A stretch of DNA of 64,000 nucleotides from Sphyrna mokarran (taxonomy: Eukaryota). The notes under the pieces are model-generated. The model saw only the letters and a list, made by a program, of their open reading frames with translations. It was not told where the DNA came from and made no database searches. The DNA lies in the NCBI GenBank assembly GCA_024679065.1, contig JAGIQG010000016.1, positions 31,000,001-31,064,000 on the forward strand, read 5' to 3'. This document shows, in pieces, positions 1 through 12,040 of this stretch (its first letter is position 1; each line of letters opens with the position of its first letter). A program made the position numbers and the translations under genes.

Positions 1-1496
1 ACAGCTGGCAAGGAGCACAGAGCACCTGTGATAATCACTCTGCACGCCGACTGATTTTCAGACAAATGAAATGTCAAGCAGGATCAAAATGTTGCAGCGT
101 TCTGAAATGCTGAGACAATCACAAAATATCAGCAACTGGCCTTGAGCAGTTTCAGTCATATCCTCAATCTGCAGTTAAATGAAGAGTCTGACTTTAAATT
201 TAATCTCCAGTTAGAGAGAAGACATGACTCCTGTTCGATCCTTAAAACTTGTTGTCAAGGTAGATTTTGGACCCTTCTCCACCAACTCTCCCATCACTTG
301 CCCTCCACCTCACAGACGCCCATTCTGCTCACTTTGCTCTCTTCGTTCTGTTTTCTGTGACATTCCTGCTATTTTTAGCGCAAGTGTCTGTTTAATGTTT
401 GCCTTTGTTCTACTCAATTGCAATAGTAGGCAAATGAAATGGAAAGGAGCCTTTTGGATTTTGTGCTGATGTTTTAATTAACATTTAAACCATTTTAACT
501 GGGCTGTTTTTGTAACGCTGGAATTCATTAAGTGGCAATAAAATGAGCTGAAAAGAAATACTGAATGATGGAGACAATAAAGGACTGCTCACGTTGAAGC
601 TGTATGCATCTGAATGAGAAATATTAATCCATCTTCTATCTTTCATTGATAGTCCTGCTGTACAGTTTGAGTATTGTCACTAATGTCAATTTGCCATGAA
701 AATTATTCTAGAATGTTACTTGGTCAATCTTTTTTTAAAATCTTGCATTGTATCAATTTTATTCACAAAATGACGTATGCTCACACAATTTAATTAGTTA
801 AATAAATGTAAATAAATAGAAGTTTAAGTCAATACTGTTTGGACTGTCAGATCTATATACTGTCTGCTTTTATGACACTGATGTGGTTAGAGATCTTTGC
901 CTACATTATGCTTCAGGAGTTCTGGGGCAAGCTTGGTCACTGGGCCAAGAGACAGTAGAGTAGGAGGCAAGCAATGAGAAGTAGGAGCCCCCCACCTTGA
1001 GCAATATATCCATTTCTGCTACCCTTTCTCCAGTTTGCCTCTTATGATCACCCACATGTCATTGCACTTTGCTACACTTCAGTGGGGCTTTGGCTGGACA
1101 AAGTTTACCTCCATCATGTTTGAACTCACAGAATGAATGTGCAGGCTATTGGTGTGTATTCAGCATGCCCTTGGTTGCCTACTTGATCTTATGCTCCACC
1201 TAGGCGGATAGGTTTTTGCATAAAAGTAGATATCAGCATAAACTCCTGAGACTTCTTAGGGTAGTTTGCCATGATGCATGTGGGAGTTTGTGTTTCAAGA
1301 ATTAAACCTTCATTCCCACTTGTTTCTCAACTGAAACTCTTATAAGAGCCTCTGTACATGTAGAAGTTTCAATTCTGCTCATTTTAAGAACATAAAAACA
1401 TAAGAAATAGGAGCAGGAGTATGCCATCTAGCCCTTTGAACCTGCCCCACCATTCAATAAGATCATGGCTGATCTGAGGTGAATCAGTTCCACTTT

Positions 1497-2378
1497 ACGA
1501 GGAGAGGTTAGGCAAATTGGGACTGTTTTCCTTAGAAAGACGTAGACTTAGAGGACATCTAATAGAGGTGTACAAGATCATGAGGGGTATAGATAGAGTA
1601 AACTGGGTTAAGCTTTTTCCTAGGATGGACTCAAATAGCATGAGGGATCACAGGCTTAGGGTGAGGGGGGTAAGGTATAATTTGGATGCTAGAGGGAGTT
1701 TTTTCACACAGAGGGTGGTGGGGTATGGAATGCGCTGCCAAGTAAAGTGGTGGAGGCAGGTACTCTGGAGTTATTTAAGAAATACTTAGATGGGCACATG
1801 AACAGAATGGGAATGGAGGGGTATAGAAAACTGATTTAAAATAGGGATCATGAGCCTTGGGAGTCCCTGGGAAGTGTGTAAATAGATGATGATATTGATG
1901 TACTTGTTTTTATCCTACAGGTGCTTTGGTCCACCTTGTTGTCTAACGAGGGGCATACACGCGATGGGTCGTGAGAGGGCTGCTCTTGGATTTTTTTTCA
2001 AGAGTATCCTAGTGCTTCACGTCGTTAGTGTACGCTTGACCTGGACCATTTGATGGGCAACACGACAGCTCAGTGACTATCGCTGTGCTGTGCAGATACA
2101 TGGATTTGGGCCTGTGTCTGTGAGAGTTTGCACATTCTCCCTGTGCTTGCATGGATTTTCTCTGGGTGGTCCGGTTTCCTCCCACACCCCAAAGATGTGT
2201 TCTTAGGCTAATTGGCAAAACAAATTCTCCCTAAATTGTCTCAAATTTGATTTTTAATCCATAGATCTATAAACATAGACAGGGATCACGGGTAGAGGTG
2301 GGAACATTGGGGTGGCGGCGCGGGCTCGTTGAGCCAAAGGGCCTGTTTCCCATGCTGTTTTGTTCTTTGTTCTTTGTT
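1497..2378 (+). mobile_element. Younger 5'-truncated CR1 LINE with an extended, chimeric 3' region
   Basis: ORF 1517..1789 reads GLFSLERRRLRGHLIEVYKIMRGIDRV...FFTQRVV. The element ends in 'gggcctgtttcccatgctgt' plus a (TTCTTTG)n tail and contains a V-SINE-like core at about 2055-2235. Confidence 0.85.
1918..2052 (+). ncRNA. Candidate structured RNA element (three-way junction) of unknown class
   Basis: Nested stems read from the sequence: 1927-1933/2042-2048, 1943-1949/2022-2028, 1950-1956/2012-2018, 1960-1964/1969-1973 and 1976-1990/1997-2010, with 7 G-U pairs in the + sense. Confidence 0.5.
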
Positions 2379-2784
2379 TTTTCCCGCTTTCTCCCCATAA
2401 CCCTTAATTCTCTTGTCTATCAGAAACCTATCTATCCATAACTTAAATATATTCAGTGAGGTAGCCTCCACCAATTCAACGGGCAGAGAATTCCAGAGAT
2501 TCACCACCCTTTGAGTGAAGAAATTTCTCCTCAACCCCTGATTTCAACTGCACCCCTCCCCCCTCACCTTGTTTTGAGGCTGTGTCCTCTAGTCCTGCTA
2601 TCCTTTCTATGCGGGAAGAATCTCTCTACCTCTATCCTATCTATCCCCTTCATTATCTTATATGTCCCTATAAGATCCCCCCTCAGCCTTCTAAACTCCG
2701 AGTACAGATCAAGTCTATTCAATCTCTCTTCATATGCTAACCCCCTCATCTCCAGTATCAGTCTAGTAAACCTTCTCTAAATCT

Positions 2785-4525
2785 TTTTAAAGTGTTCCAA
2801 ACTTTTGCAAGAAAACATTCAGCAATGCTTGCAGGACACTATTTAGCTGAGGTTTTTTTTTGACATGATTTATGGGCATCTTGAGTTTTGATTCTATAAT
2901 GCTTTATTTTGCCCTAGAGTGTCTTTGGCATTCTTTTATTAAATAGGTTTCACCATCATTGGAAGTTTTCTGAACCATAGTTAATGCTCCCCTTATACAA
3001 TGACTATTATTTTGTTGATGGACGTCTAGTTGTCTGACTAATTGCATTGTCTTCTCCAAGTTAAGTGTTCTTGGGAATGCAGTGGGTCAAAAAGGGTGTA
3101 ATTGCTTACCCCCCACTACAATACAGTGTTGTCTCAGCTCAGATTTAAGATCACTGTATGTATAACCTTCAGCTAAACACAGCAGGTCATTGATGAAAGT
3201 ATATACTGGTTCATCAGGTTTCTGGATCATTTTGGAAAATTTAGCTCTTTTTGATATCTTGTTACTGTAAGTTAAAATAATTATCAATGGCTTTTAGGAT
3301 CTCTTTAATGTTTGATGTTTCATTAATACTACCTTGGACTCATCTTGCTATTGCTTCATCAGCAATTGCTCCAATGGATACAATGACTTGTTGAATCTCT
3401 GACTCATTGTTTAACATAGATGTAATTTTGAATCTTAAAAATCTCTTCCTTAATAATGCCTGATTCTATCTCTGAACTGGCTCTTTCATGTGCCCGAATT
3501 GGTCTGCTAATATGAATTTGCAATTAATAGCTGATTTAAGCTCTCAGGAGGTTTGTCTGGACTTTTTAAAAATTAATTGCAGTAATAGAGCTTTCCTGCA
3601 CTGATCAGGATTTGCAGTAATACTCACTATGGTCAGTACTGACTCTGATGGGAAGTAATTCCTAAACTTTGCAGAATTTTGAAATTAATCGCTGGATTAT
3701 TAGAGCCTATTTGCTGCTTTCCTCCCATTTCAAATCATTTTACAATAGTGGCATTTAAAGAGCATCTAGGCGAATACATGAATAGGATAGGAATTGAAGG
3801 GCATGGATTCTGTAAGTGCATATAGTTCTAGTTTAGGCAGGCATCATGATCAGCACATGCTTGGAGGGCCAAATGGCCTGTTCCTTTGCTGTATTGTTCT
3901 TTGTTCTTCCTCATCTTTGTTCATTCTGAACAGCTGATTTTCTTCTTTCATTTGTACATGTGGTCACCATGTGGAATGGCAATGACCTCGGACCTGGACT
4001 ACAGAGTGTATTAAAACCCACACTTGTTAAAATGGAATTTCTCCCAGTACTGCTTTTTCACTCCACTTTTAATTTGAAACCTTTAAGCATTTATCAAAGT
4101 TTGCTCATCCTGCCTCAATCATTGTCAGGTTCTTTGATTCTGCCGTTGAATCGGGATTTTTTATGAACCATTAAAGTAGCCCTTAGTAAACTGAATAGTT
4201 GATTTCTTCTCTGGATCACAGGCTCCACCATTTCTCCTGAGATCATTTTTGGGAGATTTTTGAGCTCAGACTTGAAAACTTTTCTTTTAAAGTTGATTTT
4301 CTGAGATTTCAGGATCCTTCACTGCTACTGTATTTAGATTGTTACTCGCTTAGGAATGATTGTGGAGACATAGATATATGCGAATAGTTATTTATTGCAA
4401 GAACATATCTAATGCACCTATATAAGCATTGTTTTTTTTAGACTTCCAGTTACATAACTCTCTCTTAAATCAGCGGATGGCATTGTTTCTCCATTTCAGC
4501 CCTGAATATCCTAATACTACTGTCA
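2785..4525 (-). mobile_element. Decayed Gypsy-like LTR retrotransposon (gag remnant and probable 5' LTR at about 4330-4525)
   Basis: ORF 3087..3287 (RAKFSKMIQKPDEPVYTFINDLLCLAEGYTYSDLKSELRQHCIVVG) resembles the Gypsy gag core. A degenerate Cys/His knuckle lies near 2790-2850. Many stops and frameshifts. Confidence 0.75.
3742..3908 (+). mobile_element. Short CR1 3' end inserted in the Gypsy remnant
   Basis: 'gcatttaaagagcatctagg...ttggagggccaaatggcctgttcctttgctgtattgttctttgttc' is the CR1/HER1 terminus. Confidence 0.85.
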
Positions 4526-4559
4526 GAAGTCAAAATTTTAAAGGAATAGCCCTAGTATT

Positions 4560-4765
4560 TTTTATTCTACCTGTTGACTGCCATTAGCAGCCTTTCCCCT
4601 TGACTTACCTTTCATTCCCTCACCCTGCAGAATAAATATCTCCCACCTTCTCTGCCATTTAGCTTTGATAAGGAGTGATCTGGCCTCAAAACATCAACTC
4701 TCTTCTCTCCTTATAGATACTGCCAGAACTACTGAGAGTTTCCAGCATTTTCTCATTTGGTTTTG
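4560..4765 (+). mobile_element. Penelope-like element 3' end (degraded)
   Basis: 'tagatactgccagaactactgagagtttccagcattttctc' matches the end attached to the GIY-YIG remnant at 24193-25240. Confidence 0.6.
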
Positions 4766-6159
4766 CTACAGTTAGCATTTGAGTTGTTACATAATGTAAT
4801 TTGACACCTCATTATGTTTATAGTATCACTACTGACACAGTGCTTTTGGCATGCCGAGACTTTAATATACAGTACATTGTTGTTCCTTAAATTATTTGGA
4901 GCTTTAAGTTTTCTTTCAGTGATGAGCTTTCTGCTATCTTTATAAGCATTCATTTCTTCACTTGAACAGTTACTTGTAGATTATTCATCATCTAATCGAG
5001 TGTATGTATTATAAATGTCAGATTGAACTGTACAAGAAATTTTGGAAAGTTACATTATCGAACATTTAAAACAGGAGTCAGGAAAAAATGTTCTTTAATC
5101 AAAAAAAGATAAATGTCTAGAATAATCTAATAAGCAAGGCAACAGAGTGAAACATTGGACCATTCAAAATAAAATTAATGTGGTGACAGGACATTTAATG
5201 TACCAGTGAAATGGGTTCCAATGAGCTGGAAATACAGCAAGGGAACGCATTCAAAATGATAGTAAGGAGTGAGACCATCTCGCTTGCTGGTTCAGTACAC
5301 AAATAAAACACACATACTGCAATTTCTAACACTGCATCATTTTATTGAGGGACAATAGCTCAACGTTACGATCTGGTGAAGGATTAACTTAGCAAGAGAC
5401 ATGCCCTTAAAAACTAGGAGGTTATAGTTTGTAGAACACCATCTTTTATCTGATTTTTTTACCAAGGAAATTCATTAATGTGAATAAATTAGATGAGTTC
5501 AAGAGGCAACTGAAGACAATGATATTTTACTGGACTAAATCTCCAAGGGGTTAAAATCTCAGCACGTTAGTTATACAATCACATTCAAAACAATCAGGTA
5601 ATTTGTAGTCTAGTCCAAAAAATGACCAAGAAACCTCTGGGTTGTTGTAAAGACCTGCCCACTGCCTTTCCAGGGCTGGGAAACTACCCCACTGGGTTTA
5701 TCTCAGTGTCTCCAGCCACACACATAGTACTTTTCTCTTGATGCCCTCGTGGCAACTAAGGAAAGACAATGAATATGTCACCCAAAAATAATTCTTTTCT
5801 AAATCTCGAGTAAGAAAGAGGGATTTGGCGAAAAGATATCTGGGGCAAAAAGGGGTAGACAAGTTGAGCTCAGTGGCTTTCACCTAATCCTACGAGATGT
5901 TCAGTAAATTTCATTCAATGGGGAGGTAGACTGCAGTTAAAATTGGGTGGCCACAAATCAGGTAAACTGAGCCCTGTGTTCATCGGCATGAGTTTTCTTT
6001 GGCTGCTCCAGTGTCCTCTCGCAGTCTGAAAGACATGCTGGTTAGGTGCATTGACCCGAACAGGTGCCGGAGTGTGGCGACTTGGGGAACTTTACATTAC
6101 CTTCCTTGCAGTGTTAATGTAAGTCTTACCTGTGACTAATAAATAAACTTCACTTTAAC

Positions 6160-6310
6160 TGAAATAAAAGCAAATGACCGTGAATGCTGGAAATCTGTAA
6201 TAAAAATAGAAAATGCTGGATAAAATCAGGAGGCCTGGCAACATCTGAACTAGTTCTGTTGACAGATCATTTATAGCTGAAACATCAACTCTGTTTCTCC
6301 CCACAGATGG
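6160..6310. mobile_element. Degraded inverted Penelope-like fragment pair, between two V-SINE fragments
   Basis: Minus-oriented end 'aaaagcaaatgaccgtgaatgctggaaatctg...ctggcaacatctg' followed by plus-oriented 'gaaacatcaactctgtttctccccacagatg'. Confidence 0.55.
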
Positions 6311-7461
6311 GGATGGAGTAAACAGATCATCTGTTTGTATATCTGTGCTTGACTGTCTGGATTGTGTGTATTGACTATATTAAATTGCCCCTTAGTAATA
6401 GGGGGACTAGCTGAGTTAAATGCATGGGAATAGGACCTGAGTAGGATTGTGATCGGTGCATTATCAATGGCCCGAATGGCCTTCTGCATTGTATGATTCT
6501 TTGATTCTTTGGACTCACCTCTTGCCTAACAAGGTTAGAGAATTAACACCTAAAATCTACTCTGATGTTTCCAGAGTAAGTCAGGGGAATGCATGGTGAT
6601 TATATAATGCTGAGGGAACTTTTTTCCTTTTTATCCATGCTATTTTTGACCACACCCTCCATTGCAGATCACTAAATGAAACAGAATTTTATTGGGAATG
6701 CCAGGTAATGTTTTGTTTCTCTAATTTCTCTTTCTCATTTTAGAAAGCTGTAACTTGATCACCATAAAATCAGTGTGATTTTGATCCATTGAAATTCTAT
6801 CACTGGAACATTTTCACCTTTCTAAGAAAACAGGGCCAAATGCACCTGTCCATATCAGCATCTCCCTACCCCTGCTTTACTTCATGGATGGTTCATTCAA
6901 CCAAAAGTGTGGCTTAATAGTGGGATAAAAACAGGTTGGAACTGAGCATTTTAAATAGTATTAACTAATTTATAATAATGTTTAAATTCAACAATAGAGT
7001 GTGCTGGTAGAGCTTTAAGGTTCTGATGAGACTAATTTGCAGAGAAAATTATAATCCAAGATTGAGAAGAGTTCAGCTTCCAGTCATTCACCAGCTAATC
7101 ACCATTGTAATGTTCTATTACCTGACAGTTATTTTCAACATCTGCAACCATGTCACACATTTGCAGCTACTGACATTAAGTGGAGGCTGTAATTTGTTTC
7201 AGAGTGGAATATTGGGTCCACATCGGGCCAAAAGGCTAATTAAATATATATGACATTCAGTGTTTTTAGTGCCACTTTTTTAAGCTTGGAGAGTTGCTTA
7301 AATTAATTTTTTTTTGTTTCAAACCTGATTAATGGTTTGATTTTAAGGTTCCAATGTATCGTAATTGTAAATAGCAAAGCAAGGAAGTAAAGCAAACAAT
7401 ATGCCATTTCTCAAGATGTGATTTAGTGTCTACATTAAAAAGACCCAATAAAATGATGTAT

Positions 7462-8005
7462 GTCAGCCTTGGCCCAAGGACAGGACTCTCAGCTCTGAGC
7501 GAGAAGTGTCTGGGTTCAAATGCCACTCTAGTGATTGGAGCACCATCTTGTCTGACAATCCAGCATGATACCGAGGCAGTGTTCCACTGCTGATGGTGTC
7601 ACTTCACAGAAAAGATGTTGTAACTGAGGACTCATCTGTCTGTAAGGCAGATCTTAAAGATCCCAAGACACTGCTTCAATGAAGGGTTCACATCAGTCCC
7701 CAAGACAGTATTTATTCCTTAACCAATATCTCTATAACAGGCTATCTATGCACCAGCACGTTGCTGTTAGTGGAAACTTGGCTGGAATTCTCCAGCTGTG
7801 CATGCCCCACCACCACTGCCAGAGGGTACAGAGACTCAGCTAAATCTTCATTCATGCAGTGAGATGGGAGAATCCCGCTGGCATGAACAGCCAGAGAATC
7901 CTGCCCCTTGCAATGTGCAACATTTCCAACATGTCAGAAATACTTCCTTGGACTTCTGGACATTATGAGGTCTTGGTAGGTGCTATATAAAGGAACTTTA
8001 TTATC
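7462..8005 (+). mobile_element. tRNA-headed Deu-SINE-like element (SacSINE1/AmnSINE type) with an internal MITE
   Basis: B-box-like 'gggttcaaatgcc', Deu-like core 'ttgctgttagtggaaacttg...tgtgca', and tail 'ggtgctatataaagg'. Confidence 0.6.
7780..7906. mobile_element. PIF/Harbinger-like MITE (about 127 bp)
   Basis: Imperfect TIRs GGCTGGAATTCTCC...AGAGAATCCTGCCC with a 3-bp TSD (CTT). Related copies at about 41601-41730, 46775-46901 and 57264-57398. Confidence 0.7.
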
Positions 8006-8144
8006 TCTCTTTCTATTCTCTGATTTTCAGGTTTCCTTCAAATGTAATTCATGAAATTCATAGTTCACAATTCATAAATGTAATTTGGGAATTTGGCAAG
8101 CATTAAAATCACATTTTGCCAAATGCCGTTTCTTTCAAATGATT

Positions 8145-8450
8145 GGGTGATACAGTGGCACAGTGGTTAGCATTGCTGCCTCACAGTGTTGGGAACCCGG
8201 GGTTTGATTCCCAGCTTGGGTCACCATCTGTGCGGAGTCTGCATGTTCTCCCCATGTCTGTGTGGACTTCCTCCGGGTGCTCTGGTTTCCTCCTGCATCC
8301 AGAAGATATGCTGGTTAGATACATTAGCCATGCTAAATTCTCTCTCAATGCATCGAAACAGATGCTGGAGTGTGGTGACTAGGGGATTTCCACAGTAAAT
8401 TTATTGCAGTGTTGATGTAAACCTACTTGTACCACTAATACTTAAAACTT
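8145..8450 (+). mobile_element. HE1/V-SINE-type tRNA-derived SINE (short-tail variant)
   Basis: A-box 'tggcacagtgg', B-box 'gtttgattccc', and V-domain 'gtgcggagtctgcatgttctccccatgtctgtgtggacttcctccgggtgctctggtttcctcc'. Confidence 0.85.
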
Positions 8451-8570
8451 ATTTTGATGTCAAAGAAACTGTGAAACAGACTGCACACTACCTACAATAG
8501 TGATACGATGACTCTACTACTATATGCTGCATCCAATCAGATTCACCTATTACAAACATGTTAATAGCAA

Positions 8571-8882
8571 TAGAATCCCTACAGTGCAAAAAGGAGGCCA
8601 TTCAGCCCATTGAGTCTGAAATAACTACAATCCCATCCAGACCCTATTCCTGTAACATCACATATTTACTCTGCTAATCCCCTGACACCAGGATCAATTT
8701 AGCATAGTCAATCAACCTAACATCAACATTTTTGGACTGTCGAAAGAAACTGGGGTACCCAGAGGAAACCAACACAGGCACAGGGAGAATGTGCAAACTC
8801 CACACAATGATCTGAGGCTGGAATTGAATGCAGGTCCCTGGCGCTGTGAGGCAGCAGTGCTAACCTCTGTGCCACCATGCCA
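8571..8882 (-). mobile_element. HE1/V-SINE-type SINE
   Basis: Reverse complement has the tRNA head, the V-domain and a CR1-derived tail ('ctgtagggattcta'). Confidence 0.85.
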
Positions 8883-10376
8883 TCCAATATAATAGCCAGT
8901 AAAACCAAGAAAGGTGATATATTAAATCTAAGTTCTTTCTTCATCATAAATTATGTATTTCAAGAAAAAAATCTTATGCCAATATGTAATGAATTACTGA
9001 AAAACTATTAGGTGTTGAGAGGTGTTAGCAGCCACTATACTAATGTTAAGTATAAACAGTCACCCCGGTGAACACAATCTGGTATATTTGTCTCCTATTA
9101 TCATGCCATGAATTCCACCAATGGCTCTTCATTTCTCTGAAGCCTTTAGCAAGATGAATATGTCCATAGGCCACTCAATATTACAGTAGCATCCCTGAGT
9201 CATTCCAACAATGAGATATCTTCTGATGGATCACTTCATTAAGATCACCCAGATAAGAGAGTTAAACATCCATGTCTTATTAAGTCACTGTTTTTATATT
9301 TTTAAAAATGCTAGGAAAATTTTTAAACAAACATGTATGTTACCTTTAGCAAAATATCATACCCTTCCATCCATTCCCATGGTTTCTGTTAACATGAATG
9401 GTGCGTGACAAAACCAGGGAGGCTGGAAATATCCAGCAGGTCTGGCAGTGATTATGGAGATAGAAAATAAACAGAGTTAATGGACAGTATTTAATGATTT
9501 TTTTTTTGTTGGTCTGTTAACTCAAGTGGGAAAAGTGGAGGGTAGCCTGATGGTGGCATTGCCAGCTTTTTCCCTATTGTATTTTTAAACACTTTGCGAG
9601 AAAACAGTGAAGATGAATGTTCCAGTGAAGAGCAGGGTTCCATGGTGACATATTAGCCAGGCAGTCTCTGAATAAGTCTGTTTTGCCAGTAACTTAGGTT
9701 TTTAAAATATCAGGACACCGTTTTTAAAGGGTGCCCCAATTTAAAAAGATACAAATTGAGACACCCACCACCATGGAAATCCTCCAACAACCATGTATCT
9801 CCCCCTCCGTCCCAGATCTCCCCCATGAAACCCACCTCAGCACTTCCCATGCTGACCCCCCCAGTACATCCCTCACAGAATGCCACCTACATTACCCCAA
9901 CAGCATGGAACGCCTTTGGCACTAACTCCCATGAAATACTCTTGGCACTGACCTCAGGCTCTTTCTCCTTGTTTTTTCTCTGGCTCTTCCCTGAGGCATT
10001 GTTGGGGCAGTACCTCAGGGCTATGTGGTGTTGCACTGCTGCCTGGCACTGCCCACTAAAGGATAATGCCAGCATATTACATGAGCATGATCCTCTCCCA
10101 CTGGTGACTAAATTCACAAATTCATTTGTGGCTCCAGCGGGTTGATCCAGGAAATCCTGTCAGTATTTTGGGACTCCTGTACTCCTTTGTGCTTCCTCTG
10201 CTGTTCCCATCCCCCCAAAATGGGGGCAGAAAATTGTGCCCAAAGTTAATATTTCAGGTCAAGGACATTTCTGTGCAATTAATTTTGTGAGTATTTATTA
10301 TAATATCAAGTTGTACCTGAATTCACCACATGCTTCAAAGTCAAAGGTAGATATGCATTAAAAAGTCTGCTCACAA

Positions 10377-10740
10377 TTTTTTCTTTATTCATTAGTGGGA
10401 TCTGGGTGTCATTGGCTAGCCAGCATTTATTGCCTATCCCTGGTTACCTGAGGGCAGTTGAGAGTCAACTACATTGTTGTGGCTCTGGAGTCACATTGTG
10501 GCCAGACCAGGTAAGGACAACAGATTTCCTTCCCAAAAGAACATTAGTGAACCAGACAGGTTTTTCCAACAATCGACAATGGAGTCACGGTCATCAGTAG
10601 ATTCTTAATTCCAGATTTTTGAAAATTTAATTCAAATGTCACAACCAGCCGTGGTGGGATTCAAATCCAGGTCCCCAGTACATTAGTTGAGTTTCTGGAT
10701 TAATAGCCTGGCAATAATACTCCTACACCATCGCCTCCCC
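10377..10740 (-). mobile_element. Second tRNA-derived SINE family
   Basis: Same sequence family as 14311-14674(+), 24340-24685(-), 38988-39335(+), 47957-48630(+) and 59803-60131(+). tRNA boxes and tail 'ggcaataaatgctggc...gaataaa'. Confidence 0.8.
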
Positions 10741-10970
10741 ATACTGAGATTGTAATTTACAGATGGTTACAAACAGGCGAGTCTCCATTATCTTAGTATC
10801 AGCGAGTCAGCTGAAAGGATTACAGTCAGAAATTTTGGAACTTTAAGATCTGCAGTACTTTGGTGATTACTGCTGCATGCAATTTGTTGATTCAGTGTGT
10901 CAATTAAGATACCTCTTTTACAATCGATCTGAATGAAGTACATATTTTGGAGAATCAGTATGTGTCACGA

Positions 10971-11095
10971 GTATGTGGAGATGCTGGCCTTGGACTGGGG
11001 TGGGCACAATGAGCAGCCTCACAACAACAGGTTAAAGTCCAACATGTTTATTTGGTATCACAAGCTTTCAGAGCACTGCTCCTTCATAAGGAGAG
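10971..11095 (-). mobile_element. Penelope-like 3' end with a mutated hammerhead motif
   Basis: Minus strand reads CTC-CTTATGA-A-GGAGC-AGT-GCTCT-GAAA-GCTT-GTG, then AATAAA and the tail 'ccccagtccaaggccagcatctccacat'. The core has G5->U. Confidence 0.75.
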
Positions 11096-11099
11096 TTAG

Positions 11100-12040
11100 A
11101 AATGGAATATTACCTCCACCTGTCAAAAAGGTGAAGCCATATCTGTTTCTCACCAGTGAGGGTGGCAGAGGCTAAGTCTGCCGAAAGCTGGCAGTTAGCA
11201 GCAGAGGACGCCAAGCTTGGTGACAGTGCCCCCCCCACCCCTGCCTCTGCTGGCCTTCATGGCTGATTTCTCCTCCCTTGCTACTGTGGGACTCTGCAAG
11301 TGATTGCCCCGATCACTCCCACATGGGCCCATTCCCTCTCTCCACTGTGCCTGGACCAATAATCACTACACCCTCCCTACTTGGACTGATCTCCATCTCC
11401 CTACTGTCCAATTCCTCTACACCTGCATGGGCTAATTGCCCATGCCCCCCACAGTCACAGGGCTTCTGGCCTCAACTGCCCCACCCCTTTGCCCATGGAC
11501 TGGATGATTGCATGTTCTACAGCAGCCAATCATCCCCTATCCAATTGCTGTTGCAAACCATGCAATGTGTCTCCCTGGTTTCGCCTGCCCACTTAGGCTC
11601 TGCCCCCTCCCCATGGGTCCTGTGCTTCCGGTCCTGCTTCTTTGATAGTACTCGGTGCCTAGAGAGCATTGTCAATGCGCCAGGCTGGCAGTGCCACAGT
11701 GCCCAATGGGCAGTGCCACAGTGCCCAATGGGCAGTGCTGCTGTCATGTTGGCACTGTTGAAGGAGTAATCCCCACCTCTGCCCACAACTGACCAGGTGG
11801 GTCTTAATGACTTCTGATGCACTGGCCACTTGCAGAGGCGAGGGAAATCGGCCAATTCTATTCTGGGCTCACTTATAGTATTTAAATTCTATTTTGCATA
11901 AAATTTAAATATTACAATCTCATTGGATATGGAATGCCAGTAAGATTGCAAGAGGAGAGGAACGATTTTCTGGTCCTTTCATGACCTTACCGGCTCGCCC
12001 TGCCCATTGGCCAGCTGGGTGAAAAGGTAAAATCGTGGCC
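11100..12040. mobile_element. GC-rich degraded Harbinger-like non-autonomous element(s)
   Basis: Recurrent 'ggcagtgcc/tggcactg' motifs shared with the TIR-bounded elements at 17561, 25463 and 49764. Includes a 22-bp tandem duplication near 11688-11735. Confidence 0.45.

Larger units (their letters stand above)
1387..2780 (-). mobile_element. CR1 (HER1-like) LINE 3' end, split by a younger insertion at 1497-2378
   Basis: Minus ORFs 2564..2749 (GLAYEERLNRLDLYSEFRRLRGDLIGTYKIMKG) and 2286..2534 (RRNFFTQRVVNLWNSLP) match the CR1 ORF2 C-terminus. The tail lies at 1387-1496, and 'cagttccacttt' continues as 'ttcccgctttctccccataacc' after 2378. Confidence 0.9.

Noticed and set aside
142-469. Two short ORFs at the window start
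   Set aside because: No recognisable homology or convincing splice context.
2052-2063. 'TGGGCAACA' resembling part of the HDV ribozyme
   Set aside because: It is the degenerate start of the SINE head, and I could not build the nested double pseudoknot.
8145-8225. tRNA-like A and B boxes (also in other SINE heads)
   Set aside because: They continue into SINE bodies and do not form a full cloverleaf, so they are not tRNA genes.
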